DNA of 64,000 nucleotides. Source: Candidatus Dojkabacteria bacterium. GTDB lineage: Bacteria > Patescibacteriota > Dojkabacteria > B142 > OLB20. The position numbers and the translations under genes were made by a program. Below are positions 1-9,333 of the stretch, in pieces (position 1 is the first letter of the stretch; every line of letters begins with the position of its first letter). Under the pieces are notes generated by a model, which was not told the origin of the DNA, searched no databases, and saw only the letters and a list, made by a program, of their open reading frames with translations. The stretch spans positions 914,209 to 978,208 of the forward strand of contig CP129475.1 of NCBI GenBank assembly GCA_030583785.1, read 5' to 3'.

Positions 1-580
1 TTTTCAAATAGCTTTCCAGCCATATATAAAAGTTAATTTCGGACTTGGAGAAGAGCATATTTCATATGTCTTAATACTGAGTGGAATCGTAAACATTCTG
101 TTTTTGCCTTTGGTAAAAATATTTACTAACAAGTTTGGTTTATACAAGCTGTTGAACCTTACATTCTTATTTAGGGCTCTAAACTTTGCAATTTTGGCTC
201 TGTTGGTCGATCAATCTGTCTTCTGGCTTATGATGGTTGTATTCGCTTTTGTGAATCTATTTAGCAGACCGATCATCACGAGTTTACTAACAAGAAATGT
301 AAAGTCAGAAGATCAGGGTGTAGCAATTGGAGTGTCAGAAAGCATGTTCTCTCTTGGATTGGCAGTTGGACCAGCAATTTTTGCATTTGTAAATTTGCCG
401 CTTCAAGAAGGGTTTACCTTTCTACAAATACCATTAATTACTGATATATTAATTGATTTGGCAAAGAATTACACACTTTCTTTCTATGCTATTGCCATAA
501 TTTCCGTAATTGCTTGGTTTTATGTGTTATGGTTTTTGAGGAGGATAAAGTATTCAAAAGCTGGAAACAATGATTTTTAA
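1..580 (+). CDS. MFS-type transporter, C-terminal fragment (5' end outside window)
   Basis: The reading frame is open from base 2 to the stop at 580. The product is hydrophobic with multi-TM character (FQIAFQPY...LVDQSVFWLMMVVFAFVNLF...GLAVGPAIFAFV). The listed ORF start at 104 is a TTG; the gene is most likely truncated by the window edge. Confidence 0.45.
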   Translation, partial: FQIAFQPYIKVNFGLGEEHISYVLILSGIVNILFLPLVKIFTNKFGLYKLLNLTFLFRALNFAILALLVDQSVFWLMMVVFAFVNLFSRPIITSLLTRNVKSEDQGVAIGVSESMFSLGLAVGPAIFAFVNLPLQEGFTFLQIPLITDILIDLAKNYTLSFYAIAIISVIAWFYVLWFLRRIKYSKAGNNDF

Positions 581-590
581 TTGTAGTTAA

Positions 591-2513
591 CTAAATGCCA
601 AGTTCCTGTTTGGCAAGTTGAGACAGATTCTCTCTCTTAGACCAGTCTCGTTTAGTTTTAGTTAGTTGTGCTTTCCGTAGGCGCAAGTTTAGTGGTGTTA
701 CTTCAAGAAGTTCGTCTTTACCTAAGAATGTTAAAGCGAAGTCTAATGTTAGTGGCTTGATTGTTTTTAACGAAACATTGGTGACCTCGGCCTGATTCCT
801 GCGTACTCCTGATTTTGCCCGTTCTTTTGCAACATTTACTTCAAGGTCTTGTTCGTATTTGTTTATCCCAACAATCATCCCTTCGTATACCTTTGTTGCA
901 GGTGGAATAAATAGATCACCGCGTTCTTGGATTGTATTTAGAGAGTATTCCATTGCAACTCCGTTAGCAGAAGCAATTAGGACTCCTCGTCTAAATGGTT
1001 CCGGTTGTTGAATGTAAGGTATGTAATCCAGTAAGAAGTTGTTCATCACAAGGTTTCCTTTTGTTGCTGTCAGTAGTGAACTTCTGAGACCAAGTAAGTT
1101 TCTGGTTCTAATTTTATACTCAAAGCGCAGAGTCCCATTATTTTCGTTCTCCATATTCAGCATTTCTGCCTTGCGTTCGCTTAGTTCTGAAACAATAATA
1201 CCTTGATACTCTTCAGGAACTTCGATAATTAATTCTTCTAATGGTTCTGACTTAACTCCGTTGATTTCTTGAATAACAATTTCTGGTCTGCGAATCTGAA
1301 ATTCGTAGCCTTCGCGTCTTAATTCTTCAATTAGAATTGAAAGCTGTAATTCACCGCGACCGGCAACATAGTATCCACCACCATCTGTTTTGGTAATTCT
1401 TAAACTGATATTAGTTTCAATCTCTTTTTCCAAGCGAGCTTGGAGTAACCTTGCCGTAACAAATTCACCCTCTTGTCCAAGAAAAGGTGATGTATTCGCT
1501 TCGAATTTTATTTGCACAGACGGATTAGAGATTCTCATCACGGGTAAACCTTCAATGTGTGAAGATGCGCAAGCTGTTCCTCCGATTGCCCTGGAATCTA
1601 TACCCACAAGAGCTACGATTTCTCCGGCAGATGCCTCATTTACCTCCACAAAATCCAAACCTTCTCTGACTACAAGTTTTCTAACTGTGCCAGTTTCGCG
1701 TTTTGCATCTTTTGTTTCGTCATGGACAACAGTAATGTTGTCGCCTGCTTTAACTTTTCCGCGAAGGATTTTACCGACCAGATAATTACCGCTATGAGCG
1801 TCATGAGTAAGTGTTGTGATTTGCATCTGAAAAGGACCGGCTTCGTCTCCGGTTGGCGCAGGCACATGTTCGATTATTCCGTCAAGTAAAGGAGTTATAT
1901 CTCCCTTTAGGTTTGAAATATCATTTAAGTCTCCTGAAGGCATTTCTTTAAAGGCAAGTCCTGCACGCCCGATGGCGTAATAATGGGGAAAGTCAAGTTG
2001 GCTTTCGTCAGTAGCTAGACTTAGAATTAAATCATGCACTTTATCAAGTGCTTTTGCGGGATTGGCAAAGCGTTTATCGATTTTATTGACAACCACAATC
2101 GGTCTAAGTCCAAGCTCTAATGCTCGTTTAAGTACAAACTTTGTTTGAGGCATTGGTCCTTCTTGAGCGTCAACAAGTAATAGACACCCATCTGCCATAT
2201 TAAGTGTGCGCTCAACTTCTCCTCCAAAGTCAGCATGACCTGGAGTATCAATGATATTAATCTTATGATCTTTGTAGCGGATGGAAATATTCTTTGCCTT
2301 GATGGTGATCCCTTTCTCGCGCTCTAAATCTCCACTATCTAGAATCATTTGTTGAGACATTTCTTCTTGGTTATCTCTGAAAACATGAGTACTTTTAAGA
2401 AATGCATCAACAAGAGTGGTCTTACCATGGTCAACATGAGCAATAATTGCTACATTTCTAATTTTGTCCTGCTCGGGCTTTTTATACATATTAATTCTTA
2501 TAACACTCTGCAT
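591..2513 (-). CDS. typA: Translational GTPase TypA/BipA
   Basis: The N-terminus reads KIRNVAIIAHVDHGKTTLVD, followed by DTPGHADFGGEVER and NKIDK GTPase motifs. The protein has the ~600-aa TypA architecture. The true start may be the internal Met at about 2489. Confidence 0.9.
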   Translation of the reverse strand: MQSVIRINMYKKPEQDKIRNVAIIAHVDHGKTTLVDAFLKSTHVFRDNQEEMSQQMILDSGDLEREKGITIKAKNISIRYKDHKINIIDTPGHADFGGEVERTLNMADGCLLLVDAQEGPMPQTKFVLKRALELGLRPIVVVNKIDKRFANPAKALDKVHDLILSLATDESQLDFPHYYAIGRAGLAFKEMPSGDLNDISNLKGDITPLLDGIIEHVPAPTGDEAGPFQMQITTLTHDAHSGNYLVGKILRGKVKAGDNITVVHDETKDAKRETGTVRKLVVREGLDFVEVNEASAGEIVALVGIDSRAIGGTACASSHIEGLPVMRISNPSVQIKFEANTSPFLGQEGEFVTARLLQARLEKEIETNISLRITKTDGGGYYVAGRGELQLSILIEELRREGYEFQIRRPEIVIQEINGVKSEPLEELIIEVPEEYQGIIVSELSERKAEMLNMENENNGTLRFEYKIRTRNLLGLRSSLLTATKGNLVMNNFLLDYIPYIQQPEPFRRGVLIASANGVAMEYSLNTIQERGDLFIPPATKVYEGMIVGINKYEQDLEVNVAKERAKSGVRRNQAEVTNVSLKTIKPLTLDFALTFLGKDELLEVTPLNLRLRKAQLTKTKRDWSKRENLSQLAKQELGI

Positions 2514-2694
2514 TCTAACAGAATAACAGGCTGTTACCTATTTGTTTTGCTGATTTGTGATATAATGGTTAAGTCTGTAATAAAACAGGCAGAAGCAGAG
2601 TGCTACCTTTTCCTCATATTTAGGATATTTGTATAACTCGGCTTACCGATTGGTAGTCAATCCGGTTATACATTTATCTAAATAATCAAACATC

Positions 2695-3882
2695 ATGGCT
2701 TTCTCGTCTCACAGAAGAAGACCTCATTATGGTCGTAGAAACAATCCTGGACCACAAAGTGGCAATAGATTCAATAGTAGTAAAATCAGACACGATATGT
2801 ATATTTCACAGGCCGTCTTGAGCGAGCCAGAGTCTATCTATAATGAAGATATGACTTACTCAGAATTCGAACTACTCAGTCAAGTGCAAGCTAATATTGA
2901 TGCACGGGGCTATATTCACCCGACAAAAATTCAGAGTCAGGTTATACCTTCAGCACTTGAAGGGAAAGATATTCTAGCCATGGCTAGAACAGGCTCAGGT
3001 AAAACAGCAGCATTCTTAATTCCTATGGTAAATAAGCTTATCCAGAATCCTGGACAAAGATGTTTAATCATTCTGCCTACTCGTGAACTTGCTCAACAAA
3101 CAGATGCTGAACTTAAAACCTTTGTTAAAGTTACGCAAATCAGATCTGCTGTAGTGATTGGTGGAACAAATATGTATCGTCAGATTTCTGAAGTAAAAAG
3201 AAATCCGCAGATTGTTATTGCTACACCAGGAAGACTTAGAGATTTATTCCAAAGAAGGATTATCAATTTGGCTAGCTTTAAGAATATTGTACTTGACGAG
3301 GTTGATCATATGCTTGATATGGGATTTGTACATGAGATTCGGTTTATCATTTCGCAGATGCCTAAAGAGAAGCAGTCGATGTTTCTATCTGCCACTATGC
3401 CAAGAGAAGCTGAAAGGATTGCCAACGAATTGCTTGTGAATCCTGTTCGTTTCGAAGTCAAAGAGGCAGTAAGGCAACAAAATATTGAACAAAATATTAT
3501 TAAGGTTCCGGCAGGTCAAAATAAGCTTGATGTGCTTGTTGATCATCTTAAGAAAGAGAATACAACAAAAGTACTTATCTTTTCCAAAACTAAGCATGGG
3601 GCGGATAAACTAAGTAATAGATTAGCATTGCGTGGGTTTAGAGTAGACGCAATCCATGGTAATAAATCTCAAGCAAAAAGAACCCGAGTAATCGAACTAT
3701 TCAAACAATGTAAGATCGACATTCTAGTAGCAACTGATGTTGCTGCAAGAGGTGTAGATATTCAAGATATCACGATGGTCATTAACTACGATGAGCCAGC
3801 TAATTACGATGACTACATTCACAGAATTGGTCGTACAGGTAGAATTGGTAAAAAGGGATACGCTTTTACCTTTGTGGAATAG
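2695..3882 (+). CDS. DEAD-box ATP-dependent RNA helicase
   Basis: Carries the Q-motif (PTKIQSQ), Walker A (AMARTGSGKTAAF), the DEVD box (LDEVDHM), SAT, and a helicase C domain (VATDVAARGVDI...HRIGRTGR). Confidence 0.9.
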   Translation: MAFSSHRRRPHYGRRNNPGPQSGNRFNSSKIRHDMYISQAVLSEPESIYNEDMTYSEFELLSQVQANIDARGYIHPTKIQSQVIPSALEGKDILAMARTGSGKTAAFLIPMVNKLIQNPGQRCLIILPTRELAQQTDAELKTFVKVTQIRSAVVIGGTNMYRQISEVKRNPQIVIATPGRLRDLFQRRIINLASFKNIVLDEVDHMLDMGFVHEIRFIISQMPKEKQSMFLSATMPREAERIANELLVNPVRFEVKEAVRQQNIEQNIIKVPAGQNKLDVLVDHLKKENTTKVLIFSKTKHGADKLSNRLALRGFRVDAIHGNKSQAKRTRVIELFKQCKIDILVATDVAARGVDIQDITMVINYDEPANYDDYIHRIGRTGRIGKKGYAFTFVE

Positions 3883-3970
3883 GTAATCAGGTAATTCTTG
3901 ATATTAAATAGGTTGGGTTTCTTGGGGTTTCAGAAAATGATTAGAAAGGCTCCAGATACTTCTGTCATTA

Positions 3971-4837
3971 TTATGTTTTAGGTTTGATATAACTATTCCA
4001 GTGGTCGCCCGCAAGATACTCCAGAGGTGGAGTAACAAAAATGCTCTCTGCTTGAGTATCGATTTTTTTTATGATGATTTCTCCTGAGTTAGTATCAATC
4101 TCCAGGTACTCATGATTGAAGCCCATTCCTTCATCGCAGTCTTCCGCTTTCGGAGTAATAATTGTCACTTTTGACAATTCGGGTCTATTATATTTGTAGG
4201 TTTTGTAAGCGTGCACATGACCGTGAAAGTATGTTAATTCCCCCAGCACCTCCGAGATTAGCTTTACGGCATTAAAATGATGAATATAGTATTGTTTTTC
4301 GTGATCAGGGTATAGAGGACAATGCCCAAGTACAAATAATTTCTTAAATTCACCAGTAATATTATTAATAACAGAATCGATCTCCTCGTATGTATCATCT
4401 CTGTAAGGTAGGAATATGATACAAACATTGTCTATTGTCTTGTATGTGAGCTGTTCTACGAAGTCAAACTTGGGGTTAGATCCTGTTGCTTTTTGTAAAG
4501 CTTCTCGCATTTCCGGGAAAAAATTCAGCATGCGAAGATCGCTATTACCTCTAACAACTGTCAGGTTCTTGCCTGATTCACTGATCATCTTTAATTGCTT
4601 CTCCCAGCCATCCACATTGATATCATGGTACCATTTAATTTCCTCCTCTGTGACAGTAGTTAAATCCTCAGCAGCATGAGCTTTCCAAACCTTGGAATAC
4701 CTACTCACGTTTTTAAGATAATCTTGTGTATCAACTGCTACAATATCCCCAAGCGAATAAACTTTATCTAGTCTTGAGAGTATTCTGCGCAGAGCTGGGA
4801 CATCATGTGTGTCACCTACAATATTTATTTTAGCCAT
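3971..4837 (-). CDS. Calcineurin-like metallophosphoesterase
   Basis: Contains GDTHD, GD, GNSD and GHVH metal-binding motifs. The start is set at the internal Met (MAKINIVGDTHD); the ORF extends to 4888. Confidence 0.6.
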   Translation of the reverse strand: MAKINIVGDTHDVPALRRILSRLDKVYSLGDIVAVDTQDYLKNVSRYSKVWKAHAAEDLTTVTEEEIKWYHDINVDGWEKQLKMISESGKNLTVVRGNSDLRMLNFFPEMREALQKATGSNPKFDFVEQLTYKTIDNVCIIFLPYRDDTYEEIDSVINNITGEFKKLFVLGHCPLYPDHEKQYYIHHFNAVKLISEVLGELTYFHGHVHAYKTYKYNRPELSKVTIITPKAEDCDEGMGFNHEYLEIDTNSGEIIIKKIDTQAESIFVTPPLEYLAGDHWNSYIKPKT

Positions 4838-4924
4838 TATCTTTGGTTTCCAAAGTATGATACATATGACCGAACATGATCTTATCATACTGGGAAATTC
4901 AAGAATTGTCTGTGGTGTAGTGAA

Positions 4925-4960
4925 TGGGGTGAGTTATTAGACTCGTTCCTGAACCTGCGG
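4925..4960. repeat. Putative attL of the integrative island: an 11-bp perfect direct repeat (tgaacctgcgg, 4950-4960) preceded by a degenerate copy of the tRNA-His 3' end
   Basis: tgaacctgcgg is identical at 4950-4960 and at 19625-19635 (inside the tRNA-His T-arm and at the recombinase stop). The upstream 4925-4943 sequence tggggtgagttattagact resembles the tRNA 3'-end sequence tggggtggttgacaggact at 19606-19624. Confidence 0.4.
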
Positions 4961-5080
4961 ATTGAGTTTAAGGTGAATGTTAATAATGTTCAATTCCTTT
5001 TAGGAAAATCGCTCGCGGCGTGACCTATAGTCTTATTTCTGCTACAATCACTGAAAAGTTTAATTAAATACACATTATTA

Positions 5081-5899
5081 ATGCGTAGGAGTATTCAATC
5101 CATAGAGTCGTCTGGGGTTGGTTTATCTACGCACATTGCTCGATACAATTTCCCTGCACGCTCTGATTATGAGCAATACTATATGTCTGGTGGGCAGATT
5201 CAATCCCCAGAAGAGTTATGGCAGAACAATGATTATGTCGCAGATGTTCAGAGACACTGGCATACTAAAGGGCAGAACGGATGTGTCTTTGCACAAAGGC
5301 AAGCAATAATTGGTGACGGGTGGAATACGCATGTAGTGTCTGATCCACTTGAAACGATACTCGGAGAAGACATTTTAGGTGATATCCCTTTGGTTGTCGC
5401 CAATGCAATAAATGATCCTAGTATTGAAGTTGTGAGTCTTTTGTTCCCTCAAGTGCGAACATCTGCCGAATTGGTAGTGTTCCTAAAGGCTCTTCGGTCA
5501 ACAAAACCATTTACTGTAGGACGAGAGGACAGATTTGATGATTATACTGCCCTAGGATTACGATTTCCCATTTCTGACGAAGTTACTGCTTGGATAGTAG
5601 GGTTCGCCCCATTCCCTTATTTACCTATAACTCGGCAAGCGCCTTCATTGGAACTTGCAGTGCGTGTGAAGGTAAAACCAGAAGATATGTTCTATAAATT
5701 AAATCATGATCAGAGTGTTGCACATCCTGCAGATATTCCTTTACAGATGGATGACGAGGTTGCAGAAAGACTATATACTATCACTGTAGAAAAAACAGCG
5801 GAATTGTTAGGGGGACATGATGCAAGAAAGAATAATCCCCATGCAAAGGCGAAGTACACTATATCCGTTCCCACTGAGCTGTGGTTTGGTGACACATAA
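5081..5899 (+). CDS. Hypothetical protein, possibly YqcI/YcgG-family-like
   Basis: Weak motif resemblance from memory (NGCVFAQ; IVGFAPFPYLPITRQAP compared with the YqcI signature FVFGSCP.Y..RR). GC content is higher than the left flank, and the gene is the first one inside the putative island. Confidence 0.3.
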   Translation: MRRSIQSIESSGVGLSTHIARYNFPARSDYEQYYMSGGQIQSPEELWQNNDYVADVQRHWHTKGQNGCVFAQRQAIIGDGWNTHVVSDPLETILGEDILGDIPLVVANAINDPSIEVVSLLFPQVRTSAELVVFLKALRSTKPFTVGREDRFDDYTALGLRFPISDEVTAWIVGFAPFPYLPITRQAPSLELAVRVKVKPEDMFYKLNHDQSVAHPADIPLQMDDEVAERLYTITVEKTAELLGGHDARKNNPHAKAKYTISVPTELWFGDT

Positions 5900-5931
5900 A
5901 AGAGATTAAATAAGTTAACAAAAATACATCA

Positions 5932-6573
5932 ATGATAGAAGTAGAAAAGAGATCTCTTGTAACTCAACAACAACTTGATACTCACCCCCTTAAGAACTTT
6001 TTTTCTGAGAAGGCAACGTTACAAAAACACTTTCGTCGCTTTACGATGGTTGGTATAGAAAATGCAGATTTTACTCCAAATCCTGATTCACTGATTGACC
6101 TAAAGGTGAGGACAACAGAAGAAAAAGGACTACTTACTGTAAAATATGGAAATTGGCATACGGGGACTGCAAGAGAAGAGCATGAAATATCTTTTAACCC
6201 TGAGACTGAGATAACAGCGGTAATGAATATCCTTAGGTTATTGGGAAGACAAACATTTATTATTAGTTATCTTGAGCGGTTTGAGTATCATTTCGAAAAC
6301 ATCATTATTACAAAGGACGTTTATAAATCGATGCCGGGCTCAATTTTATTAGAGCTGGAGGTAGGAGTACAGAATGAGAATGAGGTCGAATCAGCGGAAA
6401 AAAAGATTGATAACCTTATGGCTGAATTACAGTTAGAGACGCTTGATTCTGAGGGAACAAAAAGATTTATTGCTGATATGAATGCTATCAAAGAGTACCA
6501 GGTGAGTTTTGTGAGTCAGTCAGTTGACGAATGGTATACAAAATGGAGTGATTACATTCATTGTCGAATATAA
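5932..6573 (+). CDS. CYTH (triphosphate tunnel) domain protein
   Basis: The N-terminal MIEVEKR matches the CYTH ExExK signature, and there are later acidic ELE/LELEVG strands. The size of about 210 aa is typical. Confidence 0.5.
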   Translation: MIEVEKRSLVTQQQLDTHPLKNFFSEKATLQKHFRRFTMVGIENADFTPNPDSLIDLKVRTTEEKGLLTVKYGNWHTGTAREEHEISFNPETEITAVMNILRLLGRQTFIISYLERFEYHFENIIITKDVYKSMPGSILLELEVGVQNENEVESAEKKIDNLMAELQLETLDSEGTKRFIADMNAIKEYQVSFVSQSVDEWYTKWSDYIHCRI

Positions 6574-6589
6574 ATTAACATTCAGCATA

Positions 6590-7162
6590 ATGATAAAGGT
6601 TCAACTTGGTGGTAAGTTTACAAGAGAGGATGATGGGATTTTCCTGTTAAAGAAAAAACTGAAGGAGAGTGGACATTTTAGTATTCGGTATCCAGAAGGA
6701 GATGGGATTATGACTGATCATAATGGTATACCACTAACATTCGATCCAGCAAAAGAGAAAAAGTCTTTTTATGAAGTCGAGCTAGACTTTATGTTATCAA
6801 TCAAAGAATCTGATTTTCACATTGTTTATAATAAGTTTGCAGAAAAAATTGGCTACATTGGTGAGAGTTCGAGCATAGAAATTGCGTATGGGTTAGTTCA
6901 TGATAAAAACATTGTCCTCATGCACCAACCACTTTTTTCGGATAAAGTTCCAGAGAGTATCAAAAACCTCATTTCTGTAGCGGTGCAAAAAGAAAAAATA
7001 CTTGTTATTCCCTTATATACATATAATCTCACCGAAATTGATAATTTTGTTCATGATTATAAATCCTATGAGGTAAAGTATTCATTATCTGTTACTCAGG
7101 AAATGACAGTATTACAAGAAGTCGAAAAACTTCTATTATCATACAAGAATGCAAATTTCTAA
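6590..7162 (+). CDS. Hypothetical protein
   Basis: ORF with an internal ATG start (MIKVQLGG). The listed ORF at 6524 overlaps the upstream gene. No motif was recognised. Confidence 0.4.
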   Translation: MIKVQLGGKFTREDDGIFLLKKKLKESGHFSIRYPEGDGIMTDHNGIPLTFDPAKEKKSFYEVELDFMLSIKESDFHIVYNKFAEKIGYIGESSSIEIAYGLVHDKNIVLMHQPLFSDKVPESIKNLISVAVQKEKILVIPLYTYNLTEIDNFVHDYKSYEVKYSLSVTQEMTVLQEVEKLLLSYKNANF

Positions 7163-7164
7163 TA

Positions 7165-8031
7165 ATGTCTGATGCTTTAATTGACAGAGATCCCATGCCT
7201 GATCCACACCCATTGCTACAATACGAAACTATACGGCCAGGTATTGAACAATATCGTCTCGATCTTCGTGTTCTCTATCCCGATAGAGCAAAAAGAGATG
7301 CATTTGAGGGCAAGTGGCAAAGATTTTATGATTCTGATTCAGCAAACAGGGATGTTTTTGGGAGAGAAGATGATGCAATTATTTATCTTTCCGAATCACT
7401 TATTCCTGAGAAAAAAGACGAAAGACCCCCGTTGTTAATGGTTTTTGGTAATCCTGCGCCACATTCTATTAAGGAGGGTATGTTTTTTTCATATGAAGGA
7501 AATGGCAGAGAACATCGTATTTGGAAAATATTCAGAGATGTCGGGATAGTCTCGTTTGAGTTAGACACATTGTTCGAGGATCCAAATGAGCGAAGGAAAC
7601 GGCAGTTACATTCTCTTGAATACCATTCCCCATTTAGGATTGGGATGATACCATTTTACGCGATGGCAACAACGCCAAGTGCAGCACCATGGACTGGAGT
7701 ATCTGGTCTTTATAGGCTATTTGGAACGCAGGCAATGCAGAACATTGCAATGGCCGAAAGAGAGAGGCTAGGACGCATAGTGAGGAACTTTATGTCAGAT
7801 GGTGGGCTTATTATCGCCTTTCAAAAAGATGCATACGAGAATCTTTCACATGCTGAAGCCCCAGCTTATGGGAGAGATTCTGCATTACAAAATGGTCTTA
7901 TTGCATATTACGATGGGAATCCAGATGTAATGGTTGCGGGATCGCCTCCCACCCGTTCACTTCATGGAGTTCAAGCGAAAAAAGCACTTGCAGGGATTGT
8001 AGTGAAGTTTTTTAAAAGGGATGGGATGTAG
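7165..8031 (+). CDS. UDG-superfamily, MUG/TDG-like DNA glycosylase homologue (divergent motif)
   Basis: LLMVFGNPAPHS...EHRIWKIFRDVGIV parallels E. coli Mug VFCGINPGLSS...ANRFWKVIYQAGF. The catalytic-motif position carries GNPAP instead of GINPG. Confidence 0.4.
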   Translation: MSDALIDRDPMPDPHPLLQYETIRPGIEQYRLDLRVLYPDRAKRDAFEGKWQRFYDSDSANRDVFGREDDAIIYLSESLIPEKKDERPPLLMVFGNPAPHSIKEGMFFSYEGNGREHRIWKIFRDVGIVSFELDTLFEDPNERRKRQLHSLEYHSPFRIGMIPFYAMATTPSAAPWTGVSGLYRLFGTQAMQNIAMAERERLGRIVRNFMSDGGLIIAFQKDAYENLSHAEAPAYGRDSALQNGLIAYYDGNPDVMVAGSPPTRSLHGVQAKKALAGIVVKFFKRDGM

Positions 8032-8247
8032 TTGGGGATTAAAAGATGGGGTGGAGAAACTCAACCTGCGTGAACTTTTAGAGCAAATAGATATTAAATC
8101 CCTTAATGGTATCGATAAAGTTCACGAGCAGTATGCACAATACGTAGCTGCCGACCTTGCAGGCGAGAAAGTGAAACTTATCGACTACCGTTTATAGCCT
8201 TCTACTTGAAAGTAAGGAGGATAGTAAATGAACTAATACAGTATTAT

Positions 8248-8276
8248 TTGAATGGTAGAGCTAGACAATGTATCAT
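8248..8276 (+). promoter_or_regulatory. Candidate sigma70-like promoter for mrr (TTGAAT - 17 bp - TATCAT)
   Basis: TTGAAT at 8248-8253 and TATCAT at 8271-8276 with a TG immediately upstream. It lies about 40 bp upstream of the mrr ATG. Confidence 0.3.
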
Positions 8277-8317
8277 GATGATAAGTATAGATAAAAATCG
8301 ACCCACGAACTAAAACT

Positions 8318-9157
8318 ATGGCGGTACCTAAATACGACGACCTCTTTCAACCATTACTAGATGCATTGCATCAACTAGGCGGGTCGGGTACGGTCGAAGA
8401 AATCAACGAAAAAGTAGCAGAAATGCTAAATCTCTCAGAAGACGATGTAAATGAAATTCACAAAGGCACTGCTACGAAACTTGCCTACCGTTCTGGTTGG
8501 TCAAAAAACTACCTAAAACGGTATGGCTTAATCGAAAATTCCGAGCGAGGCGTGTGGCGGTTAACACTTAAAGGTCAGCAGACCAAAGTTGTAGATAAGG
8601 CGGATGTCCGTAGATTTGTACAAAAGCTATCACGCAAACAGGTAAACGTTGCGGATGCTGCAAATGACGGTCTTGAGCCAAACGAAACAGAAACCACGTG
8701 GGAGGAAGCGTTAATCCAAAAGTTATTGGAAATATCACCTGAATCATTTGAGAAATTATGCCAACGCATTTTGCGCGAATCTGGATTTATCCAGGTCGAA
8801 GTCACTGGCAAAAGTGGTGACGGCGGCATTGATGGTAAAGGGATTTTGCGTTTGAACGGATTATTGAGCTTCCACATCATTTTTCAGTGCAAACGCTATT
8901 CTGGCGCAGTCAGTTCCAAAGAAATCAGAGATTTCCGCGGTGCAATGCAAGGTCGAGCAGACAAAGGCCTATTTTTGACTACTGGAACATTTACCCGTGA
9001 TGCCAAGCAGGAAGCTACACGTGATGGCGCGCCACCGATTGACCTTGTAGACGGTAATTTATTAGCCCAGAAGCTCAAAGAACTTAGACTGGGCGTTGAC
9101 GTCGAAGTCCAGGAAGAAGTTACGATTAATCCAGCATTTTTTGAACAGTACAGTTGA
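8318..9157 (+). CDS. mrr: Mrr-like type IV (modification-dependent) restriction endonuclease
   Basis: The N-terminal Mrr_N winged helix (PKYDDLFQPLLDAL...) is followed by a PD-(D/E)xK Mrr_cat core (GKSGDGGIDGKG...FQCKRY). Confidence 0.8.
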   Translation: MAVPKYDDLFQPLLDALHQLGGSGTVEEINEKVAEMLNLSEDDVNEIHKGTATKLAYRSGWSKNYLKRYGLIENSERGVWRLTLKGQQTKVVDKADVRRFVQKLSRKQVNVADAANDGLEPNETETTWEEALIQKLLEISPESFEKLCQRILRESGFIQVEVTGKSGDGGIDGKGILRLNGLLSFHIIFQCKRYSGAVSSKEIRDFRGAMQGRADKGLFLTTGTFTRDAKQEATRDGAPPIDLVDGNLLAQKLKELRLGVDVEVQEEVTINPAFFEQYS

Positions 9158-9333
9158 TGACCGACGACACATACCTAACAATCGAAGAAGTGGCAGAAAA
9201 GCTCAAAGTAGCCTACATCACTGTGTATAGGTGGGTAAGAACTGGTCAGCTAAAATCGGTTAAAGCTGGCAAGCAACATCGGATAAAGCAAACCGACCTA
9301 GATAATTTTTTAGAACGAAAAAATGGCGCTTAG
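9157..9333 (+). CDS. Small excisionase-family HTH DNA-binding protein (58 aa)
   Basis: The ATG at 9157 overlaps the mrr stop (ATGA). The product MTDDTYLTIEEVAEKLKVAYITVYRWVRTGQLKSVKAGKQHRIKQTDLDNFLERKNGA matches the excisionase-family HTH_17 pattern (LTxxEVAExLxVSxxTVYRWxxxGxLPAxKxGxxWRI). Its stop at 9331-9333 overlaps the start of the downstream RM gene by 11 nt. It is absent from the ORF track because it is under 60 aa. Confidence 0.55.
   Translation: MTDDTYLTIEEVAEKLKVAYITVYRWVRTGQLKSVKAGKQHRIKQTDLDNFLERKNGA

Noticed and set aside
1390-1867. ORFs 1390-1785 (+) and 1670-1867 (-) inside typA
   Set aside because: Embedded in or antisense to a highly conserved GTPase gene. No motifs, and typical spurious frames.
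2349-2636. 95-aa ORF overlapping the typA start region
   Set aside because: Overlaps the typA 5' end on the opposite strand. Low-complexity and unsupported.
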